Part shown: positions 1 through 8,761 of the stretch, piece after piece
Numbering within the stretch: the stretch's first letter is position 1
Layout of the letters: each line of letters begins with the position of its first letter
Source of the DNA: Cyclobacteriaceae bacterium
Lineage (GTDB): Bacteria > Bacteroidota > Bacteroidia > Cytophagales > Cyclobacteriaceae
Assembly (NCBI GenBank): GCA_044349005.1
Contig: JBIKRT010000004.1
Location: forward strand, 43,658-107,657
DNA: 64,000 nucleotides
Direction of reading: 5' to 3'
Made by a program: the position numbers and the translations under genes
The notes under the pieces: model-generated
What the model saw: the letters and a program-made list of their open reading frames with translations, nothing else
Database searches by the model: none
What the model was told of the DNA's origin: nothing

Positions 1-600
1 CGCACGCAGGGAATTTATCATAACACCACCGCTGTAATAGATGCAGACGGCTCTTATCTGGGTAAGTATCGAAAAATGCATATTCCGGATGATCCGGCAT
101 ACTATGAGAAGTTCTACTTTACACCGGGCGATTTGGGCTACAAAGTTTTCAAAACAAAGTTTGCCACATTGGGTGTTTTGATTTGCTGGGATCAATGGTT
201 TCCAGAAGCTTCGCGCATTACTTCGTTGATGGGTGCCGAGGTACTATTTTATCCTACTGCCATTGGTTGGGCTACATCACAAGACGAAGCAACCAACACA
301 GAACAATATAGTGCCTGGCAGACAATCCAACGGAGCCATGCCATCGCAAATGGCCTGCATGTGGTGAGTGTGAACAGAGTGGGTTTCGAACAAGATGGCG
401 CAATGAAATTTTGGGGAGGCTCGTTTATTGCCAATCCGTTTGGCTCAATTCTCTATAAAGCGTCTCACGAAAATGAGGAGGTAAACGTAACAGAAATAGA
501 TCTACACAAGACCGATAGCGTGCGTGTTCATTGGCCGTTCATGCGCGACAGACGCATTGATTCGTACCAACCGATCACTAGGAGGTTTATTGACGAGTAG
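1..600 (+). CDS. aguB: N-carbamoylputrescine amidase (carbon-nitrogen hydrolase family), 5' end outside the window
   Basis: Frame 1 is open from nt 1 (RTQGIYHNTTAVIDADGSYLGKYRKMHIPDDP...). It has the CN-hydrolase Cys region LICWDQWFPE. It lies next to agmatine deiminase. Confidence 0.85.
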   Translation, partial: RTQGIYHNTTAVIDADGSYLGKYRKMHIPDDPAYYEKFYFTPGDLGYKVFKTKFATLGVLICWDQWFPEASRITSLMGAEVLFYPTAIGWATSQDEATNTEQYSAWQTIQRSHAIANGLHVVSVNRVGFEQDGAMKFWGGSFIANPFGSILYKASHENEEVNVTEIDLHKTDSVRVHWPFMRDRRIDSYQPITRRFIDE

Positions 601-605
601 TCTGA

Positions 606-631
606 AAGTCTTTAGTCCGATAAGTCCGAAA
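606..631. repeat. Left arm: inverted copies of the 8-nt GGACTT-type unit flanking the four-helix-bundle gene
   Basis: aagtcttt agtccgat aagtccga aa. 622-631 is the exact reverse complement of 1040-1049. Confidence 0.7.
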
Positions 632-641
632 CCTGAAAGAG

Positions 642-998
642 ATGGCATTTAAGTTTGAGAAATTGTTGGTTTGGCAGAAGGCTGTTGACTTATCGGAATT
701 GGTTGATCAAGTGAGTAAGCGATTTCCCAAGGATGAGCTGTATATTTTAACTTCTCAAATTAAACGAGCAGCAGATTCTGTCGCACTAAATATAGCAGAG
801 GGCTCCACTGGTCAATCTAATGCTGAGTTCAATCGATTTTTAGGAATCGCCTTACGGTCAAATATTGAAGTAGTAAGTTGTATCTATTTGGCAAAAAGAA
901 GAAATATTATTTCAGAAGACGATTTCAATAAAATATATTCAAGTTGCGAAGAAATTCTTGTGATGATTAACGGACTTCGCAAAGCTCTAAAATCTTAA
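642..998 (+). CDS. Four-helix-bundle protein (23S rRNA intervening-sequence protein family, Avd-like)
   Basis: 118 aa with LVWQKAVDL...IKRAADSVALNIAEG...FLGIALRSNIEV, the characteristic layout of this family. ATG start; the stop is 2 nt before the aguA ATG. Confidence 0.8.
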   Translation: MAFKFEKLLVWQKAVDLSELVDQVSKRFPKDELYILTSQIKRAADSVALNIAEGSTGQSNAEFNRFLGIALRSNIEVVSCIYLAKRRNIISEDDFNKIYSSCEEILVMINGLRKALKS

Positions 999-1000
999 CT

Positions 1001-2095
1001 ATGCCACTTCCCGACTCCCCGATTTCCCCACTTCCCGACTTTCGGACTTCCGGACTTCTAGGTTTCCCAAAACAACTCGGTTACTACTTCCCGTCCGAAT
1101 TCGCGACTCACACCGCCACTTGGTTAAGTTGGCCGCACAAAGAAGCTTCATGGCCCGGAAAGATGGATACTATTTTTCCAATTTATGCGCAGTTCATAAA
1201 GTTGGTAGCAGAAGGGGAAAAAGTGAACATCAATGTGGTCGATGAGAAGATGAAACAGTTCGCTATTTCTCATTTGGAAAAAGTAGGGGCAGATTTTACA
1301 AGCATCAATTTCTTCTTTCACCCAACCAATGATGCTTGGTGCCGCGATCATGGCCCAGCATTCTTGATTAACCCTATCGAGAAGAAAAAAATGATTGTCG
1401 ATTGGGGCTACAATGCGTGGGGTGGTAAATACCCTCCGTTTGATTTGGATGATGTTATTCCCACGTTGATTGCAGATCATTATAAAATTCCTGTAGTACA
1501 CCCTGGAATTGTAATGGAGGGTGGCTCTGTAGAATTTAATGGCAAAGGAACATTACTTACAACACGTGCTTGTTTGCTTAATCCGAATCGCAATCCTCAG
1601 CTAAATCAATCTCAAATAGAAGAATACTTGGTCAACTATTACGGTGTAGATCAAATTCTATGGTTGGGCGATGGAATCATTGGCGATGATACTGACGGCC
1701 ACATTGATGACCTCACTCGTTTTGTAAATGCCGACACGGTTGTTACCATTGTGGAAGAGAACAAAAGCGATGAGAATTACGAAATTCTTCAAGACAATCT
1801 GAAGGACTTAAAAACACTAAGACTCGAAACTGGAAAGCAATTGAATATCATAGAGCTGCCCATGCCCGCTCCAGTTATCTTCGAAGATCAGCGTCTGCCT
1901 GCTTCTTATGCGAATTTCTATATCGCCAACAAATATGTGGTTGTCCCTACCTTCAGAGATAAAAATGACGATACGGCATTAGCTATTCTTCAGCAGTGTT
2001 TCCCAAACAGAAAAGTAGTTGGTTTGGATTCAACCGATATTATTTGGGGACTGGGATCGTTTCATTGTTTGAGCCAACAAGAGCCAGCGGTTTAA
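1001..2095 (+). CDS. aguA: Agmatine deiminase (peptidyl-arginine deiminase, Porphyromonas type)
   Basis: TWLSWPH, WCRDHGP and C-terminal catalytic GSFHCLSQQ motifs. The first ~20 codons are encoded by an 8-nt tandem array (see findings). Confidence 0.9.
   Translation: MPLPDSPISPLPDFRTSGLLGFPKQLGYYFPSEFATHTATWLSWPHKEASWPGKMDTIFPIYAQFIKLVAEGEKVNINVVDEKMKQFAISHLEKVGADFTSINFFFHPTNDAWCRDHGPAFLINPIEKKKMIVDWGYNAWGGKYPPFDLDDVIPTLIADHYKIPVVHPGIVMEGGSVEFNGKGTLLTTRACLLNPNRNPQLNQSQIEEYLVNYYGVDQILWLGDGIIGDDTDGHIDDLTRFVNADTVVTIVEENKSDENYEILQDNLKDLKTLRLETGKQLNIIELPMPAPVIFEDQRLPASYANFYIANKYVVVPTFRDKNDDTALAILQQCFPNRKVVGLDSTDIIWGLGSFHCLSQQEPAV
1004..1059. repeat. Right arm: seven tandem 8-nt units (consensus CGACTTCC)
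   Basis: ccacttcc cgactccc cgatttcc ccacttcc cgactttc ggacttcc ggacttct. The array lies within the first 20 codons of aguA. Confidence 0.8.
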
Positions 2096-2101
2096 TACAT
2101 A

Positions 2102-2650
2102 TCAAGGAATGATAAATGCATCCAAGGCCAGGTCGTGCTCATTCGCGTCATCAATTTTTTCTACTGCATGAAAAAACGAAAGCCCGATTTTTTTACTATC
2201 TGTTCGACATTGTTTTAAAAACCGATCATAATATCCCTTACCATAACCCACCCGATGGTTCTCCTTATCAAACGCTAGCAAGGGCACCAGCACTACGTCA
2301 ATTTCTTTTGACTCGGTTAAATTTCCTTTAATGGGTTCGGATATTCCCCATTTGTTTTCCTCTAATATGCAGTCAGAATCCAAATAGTAATTGACTAATT
2401 GTTCGTCAACTATTTTTGGAATAGAAATCTTAATAGTGGGGTAATCACTTCTAAGTCGCTCAGCGATAAGCCAAGTGTTGGGTTCTTTGTTTTTTTTTAT
2501 CGGGAGAAAAAGGTGAACAACCTTTACATTTGTTAGATCCAAACAATTGAAAAATTGATGGCAAATCCGTTGACTTAAATTGTCATATTCCGCTTCTGTA
2601 AGTTGTAATCGTTTCTCCAGATAAATTTTTCTAAGCTCCCGTTTCGTCAT
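2102..2650 (-). CDS. 5-formyltetrahydrofolate cyclo-ligase
   Basis: 182 aa with the VLVPLLAFDKENHRVGYGKGYYDRFL motif typical of MTHFS. Confidence 0.8.
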   Translation of the reverse strand: MTKRELRKIYLEKRLQLTEAEYDNLSQRICHQFFNCLDLTNVKVVHLFLPIKKNKEPNTWLIAERLRSDYPTIKISIPKIVDEQLVNYYLDSDCILEENKWGISEPIKGNLTESKEIDVVLVPLLAFDKENHRVGYGKGYYDRFLKQCRTDSKKIGLSFFHAVEKIDDANEHDLALDAFIIP

Positions 2651-4208
2651 ACATCAATACGTTAAACTGAAAATCAAACGGATCGAATTGTGCTAAGAGC
2701 TTATTTATGAATTGATTGTCTGGCTGATAAAAATTTAGAAAATTATCCGTTCTTTCTTGCAGACTTCCTTTAGGGAATAATGAGTTCTTCAACGCATCAA
2801 CTTGACCTAATTTATCCGAGTGAAGTCTTTTTTCGGCCTTCAGTAATTTATGCTCAATCTTTTCGAGGCTGTTAGTTGCTTTTTTTAATTGGGCTGAAAT
2901 CATGGGGGCTAGCGTTGAATCAATTTTAGATGCACGCTCTCCTATTGCATTAAAAATATCTTGAATTTCTTTCAACTCCTTTCCAACAGAAAGAGTATGG
3001 TGTGTGTTGTTTATAACCCAATGGTTGAACAAAAAATTCTTTTCTTCAAATAGATCCGAAAGTTGTAAGCCAGTTTTACTAAATTTTCTTACGGAAGGAT
3101 AATCCATTACCATCGCAAAATTACGAGGAAGTAGAATAGGAAATGGTATACTGAAATGCTCAAACACTCCTTTTAGTTGAAGCCAATACACTAGTTCGGC
3201 TGGGCCACCAGTGTAAGCTAAATTAGGTAAAATTGTTTCTTGGTAAAGTGGCCGAAGAATAACGTTGGGGCTAAATTTCTCAGGAGTTGCTTCTATCATC
3301 TTTACAACTTCCTCTTCCGTAAATGTTAAGTCAGTATCTACCACTGAAAAACCAGAAACGGTTCTTTCTATTCTGCCCCTTAAGTTACTATCTAAAAAAA
3401 AATGATTGATTTCACGGGCATTTACTTGTGTGTGGTACCCAAGTTGATGCAATTGATGGTTTGTTAAATCGACTGCTTTCTTTGCAGCGTGATCAAATAA
3501 GTCGTCATGAATTGCATTTTTCAACAGCGTTTTTAGCTGATGGTCATCGGCATCCATCACAATTAATCCTTGAACGCCAAAAAGTGCGTTGATGTAATGA
3601 CGAACGGCATTTGCGAGTGTACTGTTTTTTGAGTACGCTTGATTAAAGATAGAAACATCACCCGGAATTTCTTTCGCAAGCTTGGCTAAACTCTTCGTGT
3701 CAAATCTGCCCACCGCGCCTTTTTGATCGGTCTCCCAAATATGTTTATGGCCGTATAGATTAAAATATTTTATCTCTTCATAGTCATGATCTTCGCTGGC
3801 CATCCAATACACCGGAATAAAATCGTTTTCGGGATAGGCTTTCTTTAATTTTTTGCACGCATTGATTACCGTGACGATTTTGTAAATAAAATAAAGTGGA
3901 CCAGTAAAAATATTGAGTTGATGCCCCGTGGTTATTGTAAATGTCGTTTTATTAGATAGGCTTTCAATGTTGCCGCTAACGGCTTCACTTATTTCAAGAT
4001 CCTTATATTGTTTCTTTAGCACTTCTACCAACACTGACCGATTGGAGTCGGGAAAAGATGCTGACTTTTCTTTTAATTGGGCTTCGAAGTTTTCAATTAA
4101 AGGAAACCTATTGTAAAAGGGTTGCAGGGTGTTGGTATTGGAAATATAATCAAGGAAGAAGGGTGAAAGGGATTTAGTATCAGTAAGGGGTATCTTTTTA
4201 CAATCCAT
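2631..4208 (-). CDS. bshC: Bacillithiol biosynthesis cysteine-adding enzyme BshC (putative)
   Basis: 525 aa. Size and N-terminal region (SPFFLDYISN...LQPFYNRFP) resemble BshC/YllA-family proteins. Its 3' end overlaps the downstream cyclo-ligase gene by 20 nt. Confidence 0.65.
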   Translation of the reverse strand: MDCKKIPLTDTKSLSPFFLDYISNTNTLQPFYNRFPLIENFEAQLKEKSASFPDSNRSVLVEVLKKQYKDLEISEAVSGNIESLSNKTTFTITTGHQLNIFTGPLYFIYKIVTVINACKKLKKAYPENDFIPVYWMASEDHDYEEIKYFNLYGHKHIWETDQKGAVGRFDTKSLAKLAKEIPGDVSIFNQAYSKNSTLANAVRHYINALFGVQGLIVMDADDHQLKTLLKNAIHDDLFDHAAKKAVDLTNHQLHQLGYHTQVNAREINHFFLDSNLRGRIERTVSGFSVVDTDLTFTEEEVVKMIEATPEKFSPNVILRPLYQETILPNLAYTGGPAELVYWLQLKGVFEHFSIPFPILLPRNFAMVMDYPSVRKFSKTGLQLSDLFEEKNFLFNHWVINNTHHTLSVGKELKEIQDIFNAIGERASKIDSTLAPMISAQLKKATNSLEKIEHKLLKAEKRLHSDKLGQVDALKNSLFPKGSLQERTDNFLNFYQPDNQFINKLLAQFDPFDFQFNVLMYDETGA

Positions 4209-4399
4209 GTTGGTTGTGGTTCACAAGTTGGCTAAATAAGTTAGTGAAACGTTTTATCAAACACATTAGTTATTTATCAATTCTAAATGATTTGTTAATT
4301 GCTGTATTCACGTTTGGTAAATTTTAGCCACGAATGCACGAATCGACTTTCACGGATATACATTCAACTCAATTATTCAAGGCCACTCTGTTTCTCAAA

Positions 4400-5716
4400 C
4401 TAGGGTTGCACTACTTGCGCATGCAAATCAAACTCGGTAGCCTCCACTATTTTTGCAGTAACAAAATCACCTATGCGTAAATACTCTTTTTCTGATTGAA
4501 TGATAACCTCGTTATCGACTTCGGGCGAATCATACTCCGTTCTGCCAATGAAGTTGCCCTCCTCTTTTCGATCAATCAAAACTTTAAAAGCCTTTCCTAC
4601 TTTTTTCTGATTTAACTCAAGTGAAATCCCTTCCTGCAACTCCATAATGGTTGCCACTCTGTTTTGTTTTGTTTCTTCGGCTATGTCATCTGCAAATGAG
4701 TACGAATGGGTATTGTCTTCGTGTGAGTATGGAAACACACCTAGCCGGTCAAATCGGGAGGTTTCAATGAATTTGAGCATTTCTTCGAAGTGCGTTTCCG
4801 TTTCACCCGGGTGGCCGGCAATCAACGTGGTGCGCAGGGCAATGCTTGGTACTTTCGTGCGAATGATATCGATTAGTTCTTCGGTTTTTTCACGCGTTAT
4901 TCCGCGTCTCATTATTTTGAGCATTTCTGTTGAACCATGTTGAAGCGGAATATCAAGATACTTGCAAATATTGCTTCGCTCGTTCATCACGTCTAACACA
5001 TCCATTGGGAAACCTGCCGGAAAGGCATAATGCAGCCTGATCCACTCAATTCCTTCTACATCCGAAAGGGCGTTCAACAAATCGGCAAGGTTTCTTTTCT
5101 TGTACAGATCAAGGCCATAATAGGTTGAATCTTGTGCAATCAATAACAACTCCTTTACTCCCTTTTTCGCTAGGTTTTTGGCTTCTAAAACCAATTCTTC
5201 CATGGGCCTAGAAACATGCTTACCCCGCATCAGCGGAATAGCGCAGAATGAGCAAGGTCTATCGCACCCTTCCGAAATCTTCAAATAAGCAAAGTGGCTT
5301 GGATTGGTAAGTATCCTTTCGCCCACTAATTCTTGTTTGTAATTGGCATTCAGTTGTTTTAAAAGCCGAGAAAGATCGCGCGTTCCAAACCAAGCGTCTA
5401 CCTGAGGGATCTCTATTTGCAAATCGGCTTTATAGCGCTCACTCAGGCATCCGGTCACGTACACTTTTTCTAGTAACCCTTCCTCTTTGGCGTCCACATA
5501 GCGTAAAATGGTATCAATCGATTCCTGCTTTGCATTATCAATAAATCCACAAGTATTGATCACGACAATGTTGGAATCGTTTTTTTCTGATTCGTGCGAA
5601 ACAGCAATTCCGTTTCCCTTCAATTGTGTAAGCAACACCTCGGAATCCACCAAGTTTTTGGAGCAACCCAATGTTACAATGTTTACCTTCGTCTTTTTCT
5701 GGCCTTTCGTTTTCAA
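4400..5716 (-). CDS. rimO: Ribosomal protein S12 methylthiotransferase RimO
   Basis: MTTase N-domain VNIVTLGCSKNLVDSE, radical SAM CDRPCSFC and a C-terminal TRAM-like region. The ORF-track start is TTG (complement of caa at 5714-5716). Confidence 0.9.
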   Translation of the reverse strand: MKTKGQKKTKVNIVTLGCSKNLVDSEVLLTQLKGNGIAVSHESEKNDSNIVVINTCGFIDNAKQESIDTILRYVDAKEEGLLEKVYVTGCLSERYKADLQIEIPQVDAWFGTRDLSRLLKQLNANYKQELVGERILTNPSHFAYLKISEGCDRPCSFCAIPLMRGKHVSRPMEELVLEAKNLAKKGVKELLLIAQDSTYYGLDLYKKRNLADLLNALSDVEGIEWIRLHYAFPAGFPMDVLDVMNERSNICKYLDIPLQHGSTEMLKIMRRGITREKTEELIDIIRTKVPSIALRTTLIAGHPGETETHFEEMLKFIETSRFDRLGVFPYSHEDNTHSYSFADDIAEETKQNRVATIMELQEGISLELNQKKVGKAFKVLIDRKEEGNFIGRTEYDSPEVDNEVIIQSEKEYLRIGDFVTAKIVEATEFDLHAQVVQP

Positions 5717-5790
5717 ATTTCCGAAATATTGAACTGTAAAATTAACAAAAATACATGCCTGACGAATCTAATAGGAATACGGGCAACAAC

Positions 5791-5798
5791 TATATTTG
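5791..5798 (+). promoter_or_regulatory. Putative -7 promoter box (TATATTTG) for the lipoprotein/beta-barrel pair
   Basis: Exact TAnnTTTG, 17 nt before the GTG start at 5816. Confidence 0.5.
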
Positions 5799-5815
5799 CT
5801 GATTAATAATTCACT

Positions 5816-6271
5816 GTGAAGTATTTTTTATTGATCCTTGTGCTTTTGGTACTAGCTGGTTGCTTCGATAAAGGTGACTGTCTGAAGACAAATACGGACA
5901 AAGTAAGGATTGTTTTTAGGAGTAAGACAGATGGAAAAAATCTTTCCCTGCGTCTTAATTCTGTTACAGCGCAAGGCTTTCCAACTGTTTTACTTTCCAA
6001 CCAAGACGTTGCTGGAACATTCGAACTAAGAATTGACCCGAACAAGGCATTCACCAATTTCATATTCGATTACAAACTTGGGGATGTTTCCGATAAGGAT
6101 ACATTAAAGCTCACCTATCGCCCGTTGGCCAGAGTGCCCGCCTCCGACTGTGGAGCGTTCCTTTATTTTACCGACCTGAATTACACCAAAACTGGTTTCG
6201 ATTCAATCCGAATTGTAAATCCTCAACTATTACCCGATGCCAATATTCTCAATGTGCAGATATTTCGTTAG
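5816..6271 (+). CDS. Hypothetical lipoprotein (copy 1 of duplicated module)
   Basis: GTG start 18 nt after a TATATTTG box. Lipobox LVLAGC. Similar to the ORF at 52286-52726 (DTLKLTYR...DCGAFLYFTDL vs DTLTLSYK...RCGFVLNILDL). Confidence 0.6.
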   Translation: MKYFLLILVLLVLAGCFDKGDCLKTNTDKVRIVFRSKTDGKNLSLRLNSVTAQGFPTVLLSNQDVAGTFELRIDPNKAFTNFIFDYKLGDVSDKDTLKLTYRPLARVPASDCGAFLYFTDLNYTKTGFDSIRIVNPQLLPDANILNVQIFR

Positions 6272-6989
6272 CCTTGCCTTGGCGTTTGTGCTGAGCTCAG
6301 CCAGCTTTGCACAAAAGGAAAAGCAGCGCGCCCCTTCCGACACATTGATGTTTAAGTACTTGCCCACCGGCTTAAGAATTGGCACTGATGCGTTGGCCAT
6401 TTTTTTGTCGCAAAGAGATCCAAAAGTTAAACTGTGGGAAGTAAATGCCGATCTTGACTTTGATAGATATTACTTAGCGGCCGAGTACGGCAGTTGGAGC
6501 AAGCAAATTACCATTGACAACGGGACTAAAATAAATAATGGTGATTACCAAAATAATGGAACCTATTACAGAATTGGCGCTGACATTAATTTCTTGCTGA
6601 AAGACCCCGATAAAAACATGTTTTTCATTGGTTTTAGGCTTGGCAAATCCAAGTTTGATCATACCTTGAACTATTCAATGGATTATACAGGCCCTTACGC
6701 TACTGGCCCAATTGCCAAAACGATTTCGGCCTCAGGTGTTACTGCGAGCTGGACGGAGATTACCACAGGCTTGCGCGTGAAAATTGTTTCTGGTTTTTGG
6801 ATGGGCTGCACCGCCCGTTTAAAACTTTCCCCAAGTTATGAAAATAGCCCCAACCTAATACCTTATGATATACCCGGCTACGGCCTTTTCGAGCAGTCTC
6901 AGTATTGGGGTTTCAATTATCAACTCTTCTGGAGGTTTCCGGTGAGGAAGTTGAAGGCGAGGCCGAAAGAAGTAAATAAAAAGAGTTGA
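6237..6989 (+). CDS. Hypothetical outer-membrane beta-barrel-like protein (copy 1 of duplicated module)
   Basis: Signal peptide ...SSASFAQ. Alternating beta-strand-like pattern with an aromatic C-terminus. Overlaps the preceding lipoprotein gene. The start could be the Met at 6252. Confidence 0.5.
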   Translation: MPIFSMCRYFVSLALAFVLSSASFAQKEKQRAPSDTLMFKYLPTGLRIGTDALAIFLSQRDPKVKLWEVNADLDFDRYYLAAEYGSWSKQITIDNGTKINNGDYQNNGTYYRIGADINFLLKDPDKNMFFIGFRLGKSKFDHTLNYSMDYTGPYATGPIAKTISASGVTASWTEITTGLRVKIVSGFWMGCTARLKLSPSYENSPNLIPYDIPGYGLFEQSQYWGFNYQLFWRFPVRKLKARPKEVNKKS

Positions 6990-7946
6990 TTACTTACCAA
7001 AAAGCGAATTCACAAACTCCGTTTTGTTAAACACTTGCAAGTCGTCAATCTTTTCGCCTACACCAATATACTTAACGGGTATTTTAAATTCATCTGAGAT
7101 GCCTATCACCACACCGCCCTTTGCGGTGCCGTCAAGTTTGGTAATGGCCAAACAACTTACATCGGTAGCTTTGGTAAATTCACGCGCTTGTATAATGGCA
7201 TTTTGCCCGGTGCTTCCGTCTAACACCAACAGTATATCGTGCGGGGCATCTGGGATTACCTTTTCGATGGTTCGTTTTATTTTGGAAAGCTCCTGCATCA
7301 AATTTACTTTGGTATGCAGGCGACCAGCAGTATCGATAATAACCACATCTACACCTTGCTTTACACCCTCCGTAACCGCTTCAAAGGCTACTGCCGAAGG
7401 ATCGGTATTCATGCCTTTTGCCACCACAGGAATGCCCACACGCTCTCCCCAAATTTTTAGCTGATCAACTGCTGCAGCTCGAAACGTATCGGCTGCGCCT
7501 AGCAAAACTGTTTTTCCTCTTCTCTTAAATTGCGAAGATAGTTTGCCAATGGTGGTGGTTTTGCCAACGCCATTCACCCCTACCACCATAATTACGTAGG
7601 GCTTTTTATCGGAAGGCGTTTCAAAATCAGAAGATTCCAGATTGTTGCTCTCGGTAAGTAAGGAAGCGACTTCTTCTCGTAAAATACTGTCGAGTTCGGC
7701 TGTTCCTAAATATTTGTCCTTGGCAACTCGTTTCTGAATGCGATCAATAATTTTTAACGTAGTGTCGATTCCCACATCCGAAGAGACCAGGGCTTCTTCC
7801 AGATTGTCAAGCACCTCTTCATCAACAGTTGATTTCCCGATTACGGCTTTACCAAGTTTGCTGAAAAAGTTATCCTTGGTCTTTTCTAATCCTTTGTCTA
7901 AGGAATCTTTTTTTTCTTTAGAAAATAAGCTGCCAAGGAACGACAT
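6990..7946 (-). CDS. ftsY: Signal recognition particle receptor FtsY
   Basis: SRP GTPase motifs GVNGVGKTTTIGKL, DTAGR and TKLDG. Confidence 0.92.
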   Translation of the reverse strand: MSFLGSLFSKEKKDSLDKGLEKTKDNFFSKLGKAVIGKSTVDEEVLDNLEEALVSSDVGIDTTLKIIDRIQKRVAKDKYLGTAELDSILREEVASLLTESNNLESSDFETPSDKKPYVIMVVGVNGVGKTTTIGKLSSQFKRRGKTVLLGAADTFRAAAVDQLKIWGERVGIPVVAKGMNTDPSAVAFEAVTEGVKQGVDVVIIDTAGRLHTKVNLMQELSKIKRTIEKVIPDAPHDILLVLDGSTGQNAIIQAREFTKATDVSCLAITKLDGTAKGGVVIGISDEFKIPVKYIGVGEKIDDLQVFNKTEFVNSLFGK

Positions 7947-7974
7947 AAATTAGGAAATGAGAGGTGAGAAAATT

Positions 7975-7996
7975 AAAAAAGTCCCGGCAGGGACTT
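7975..7996 (-). terminator. Rho-independent terminator after the L28-L33-DUF4295 genes
   Basis: On the minus strand, a 7-bp stem (7979-7985 / 7990-7996, loop ggca) is followed by a U-run (plus-strand A-run 7975-7980). Confidence 0.55.
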
Positions 7997-8020
7997 CTCT
8001 AAAAACAAAAACAAACAAAT

Positions 8021-8176
8021 TTATTTTTTCGCAAGGGTATCTTTCACCAGATCCGTAGGTACAATTTCTTCACGGAATGTATACGCACCCGTTTTTTCGG
8101 ACTTAACTGCCATAATTACTTTAGCGTATGTTTTTCCGTCTGTTTTCTTAAGTGTAGCAACAACTTTCTTTGCCAT
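8021..8176 (-). CDS. DUF4295-family small protein (51 aa), below the ORF-track length cut-off
   Basis: Hand translation gives MAKKVVATLKKTDGKTYAKVIMAVKSEKTGAYTFREEIVPTDLVKDTLAKK*. It starts 2 nt after the rpmG stop. A small lysine-rich ORF after rpmG is typical of Bacteroidota. Confidence 0.6.
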   Translation of the reverse strand: MAKKVVATLKKTDGKTYAKVIMAVKSEKTGAYTFREEIVPTDLVKDTLAKK

Positions 8177-8178
8177 GG

Positions 8179-8361
8179 TTATTTAATTTCTTTGTGGACA
8201 GTTACTTTTTTCAAAATAGGATTGTATTTTTTTAATTCAATCCTCTCAGTGGTATTTTTTCTGTTTTTGGTAGTAATGTAGCGGCTCATGCCCGGACGCC
8301 CCGTTGCCTTGTGCTCAGTACACTCCAAAATAACCTGAATTCTATTTCCTTTCTTTGCCAT
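8179..8361 (-). CDS. rpmG: 50S ribosomal protein L33
   Basis: 60 aa: [18 protein letters not shown]...[11 protein letters not shown]...LELKKYNP. Confidence 0.92.
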   Translation of the reverse strand: MAKKGNRIQVILECTEHKATGRPGMSRYITTKNRKNTTERIELKKYNPILKKVTVHKEIK

Positions 8362-8373
8362 TGCCTTATATTG

Positions 8374-8619
8374 TTAAGCTTTTCCAGTATACAAGCCTTT
8401 TTCTTTGGCTTCTTTCAACACCTGTGTAATCCCCTTTTTGTTGATGGTTTTGATTGCAGTAGTAGATACTTTCAACGTAATCCATTTATCTTCTTCAGGA
8501 ACAAAGAACCTCTTTGTCTGAAGATTAGGATAAAACCTGCGCTTAGTTTTATTATTTGCGTGAGAAACATTGAAACCAGTTTTCGGACGCTTACCTGTTA
8601 ATTCACAAACCCTTGCCAT
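8374..8619 (-). CDS. rpmB: 50S ribosomal protein L28
   Basis: [34 protein letters not shown] is the classic L28 N-terminus. Confidence 0.92.
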   Translation of the reverse strand: MARVCELTGKRPKTGFNVSHANNKTKRRFYPNLQTKRFFVPEEDKWITLKVSTTAIKTINKKGITQVLKEAKEKGLYTGKA

Positions 8620-8644
8620 AATTAATGTCAGTTAAAAAATGCCT

Positions 8645-8669
8645 CTTTTGAAAAGGGATTGCAAATATC
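8645..8669 (-). promoter_or_regulatory. Putative promoter/leader of rpmB (variant of the shared r-protein motif)
   Basis: The minus strand reads gATATTTGCAATCCCTTTTCAAAAG, with one mismatch to TAnnTTTG. It lies 26 nt upstream of the rpmB ATG. Confidence 0.4.
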
Positions 8670-8761
8670 GGCAAATCAGACAGAATAATCCAAATTGAAT
8701 TTGAAATATTGACCGTTAATTCTGGAAAGTTGGAAAACTAGCCTAAAACCCTAATTATTAG

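Noticed and set aside
1148-1501. 117-aa ORF antisense to aguA; similar antisense ORFs occur inside ftsY (7024-7464), the FG-GAP gene (10719-11039), murF, the SusC-like gene and others
   Set aside because: All overlap strongly supported genes on the other strand and lack recognisable motifs.
8691-8703. 13-bp palindrome CAAATTGAATTTG upstream of rpmB
   Set aside because: It is short and AT-rich in an AT-rich spacer, so it is expected by chance. I could not link it to any regulator.
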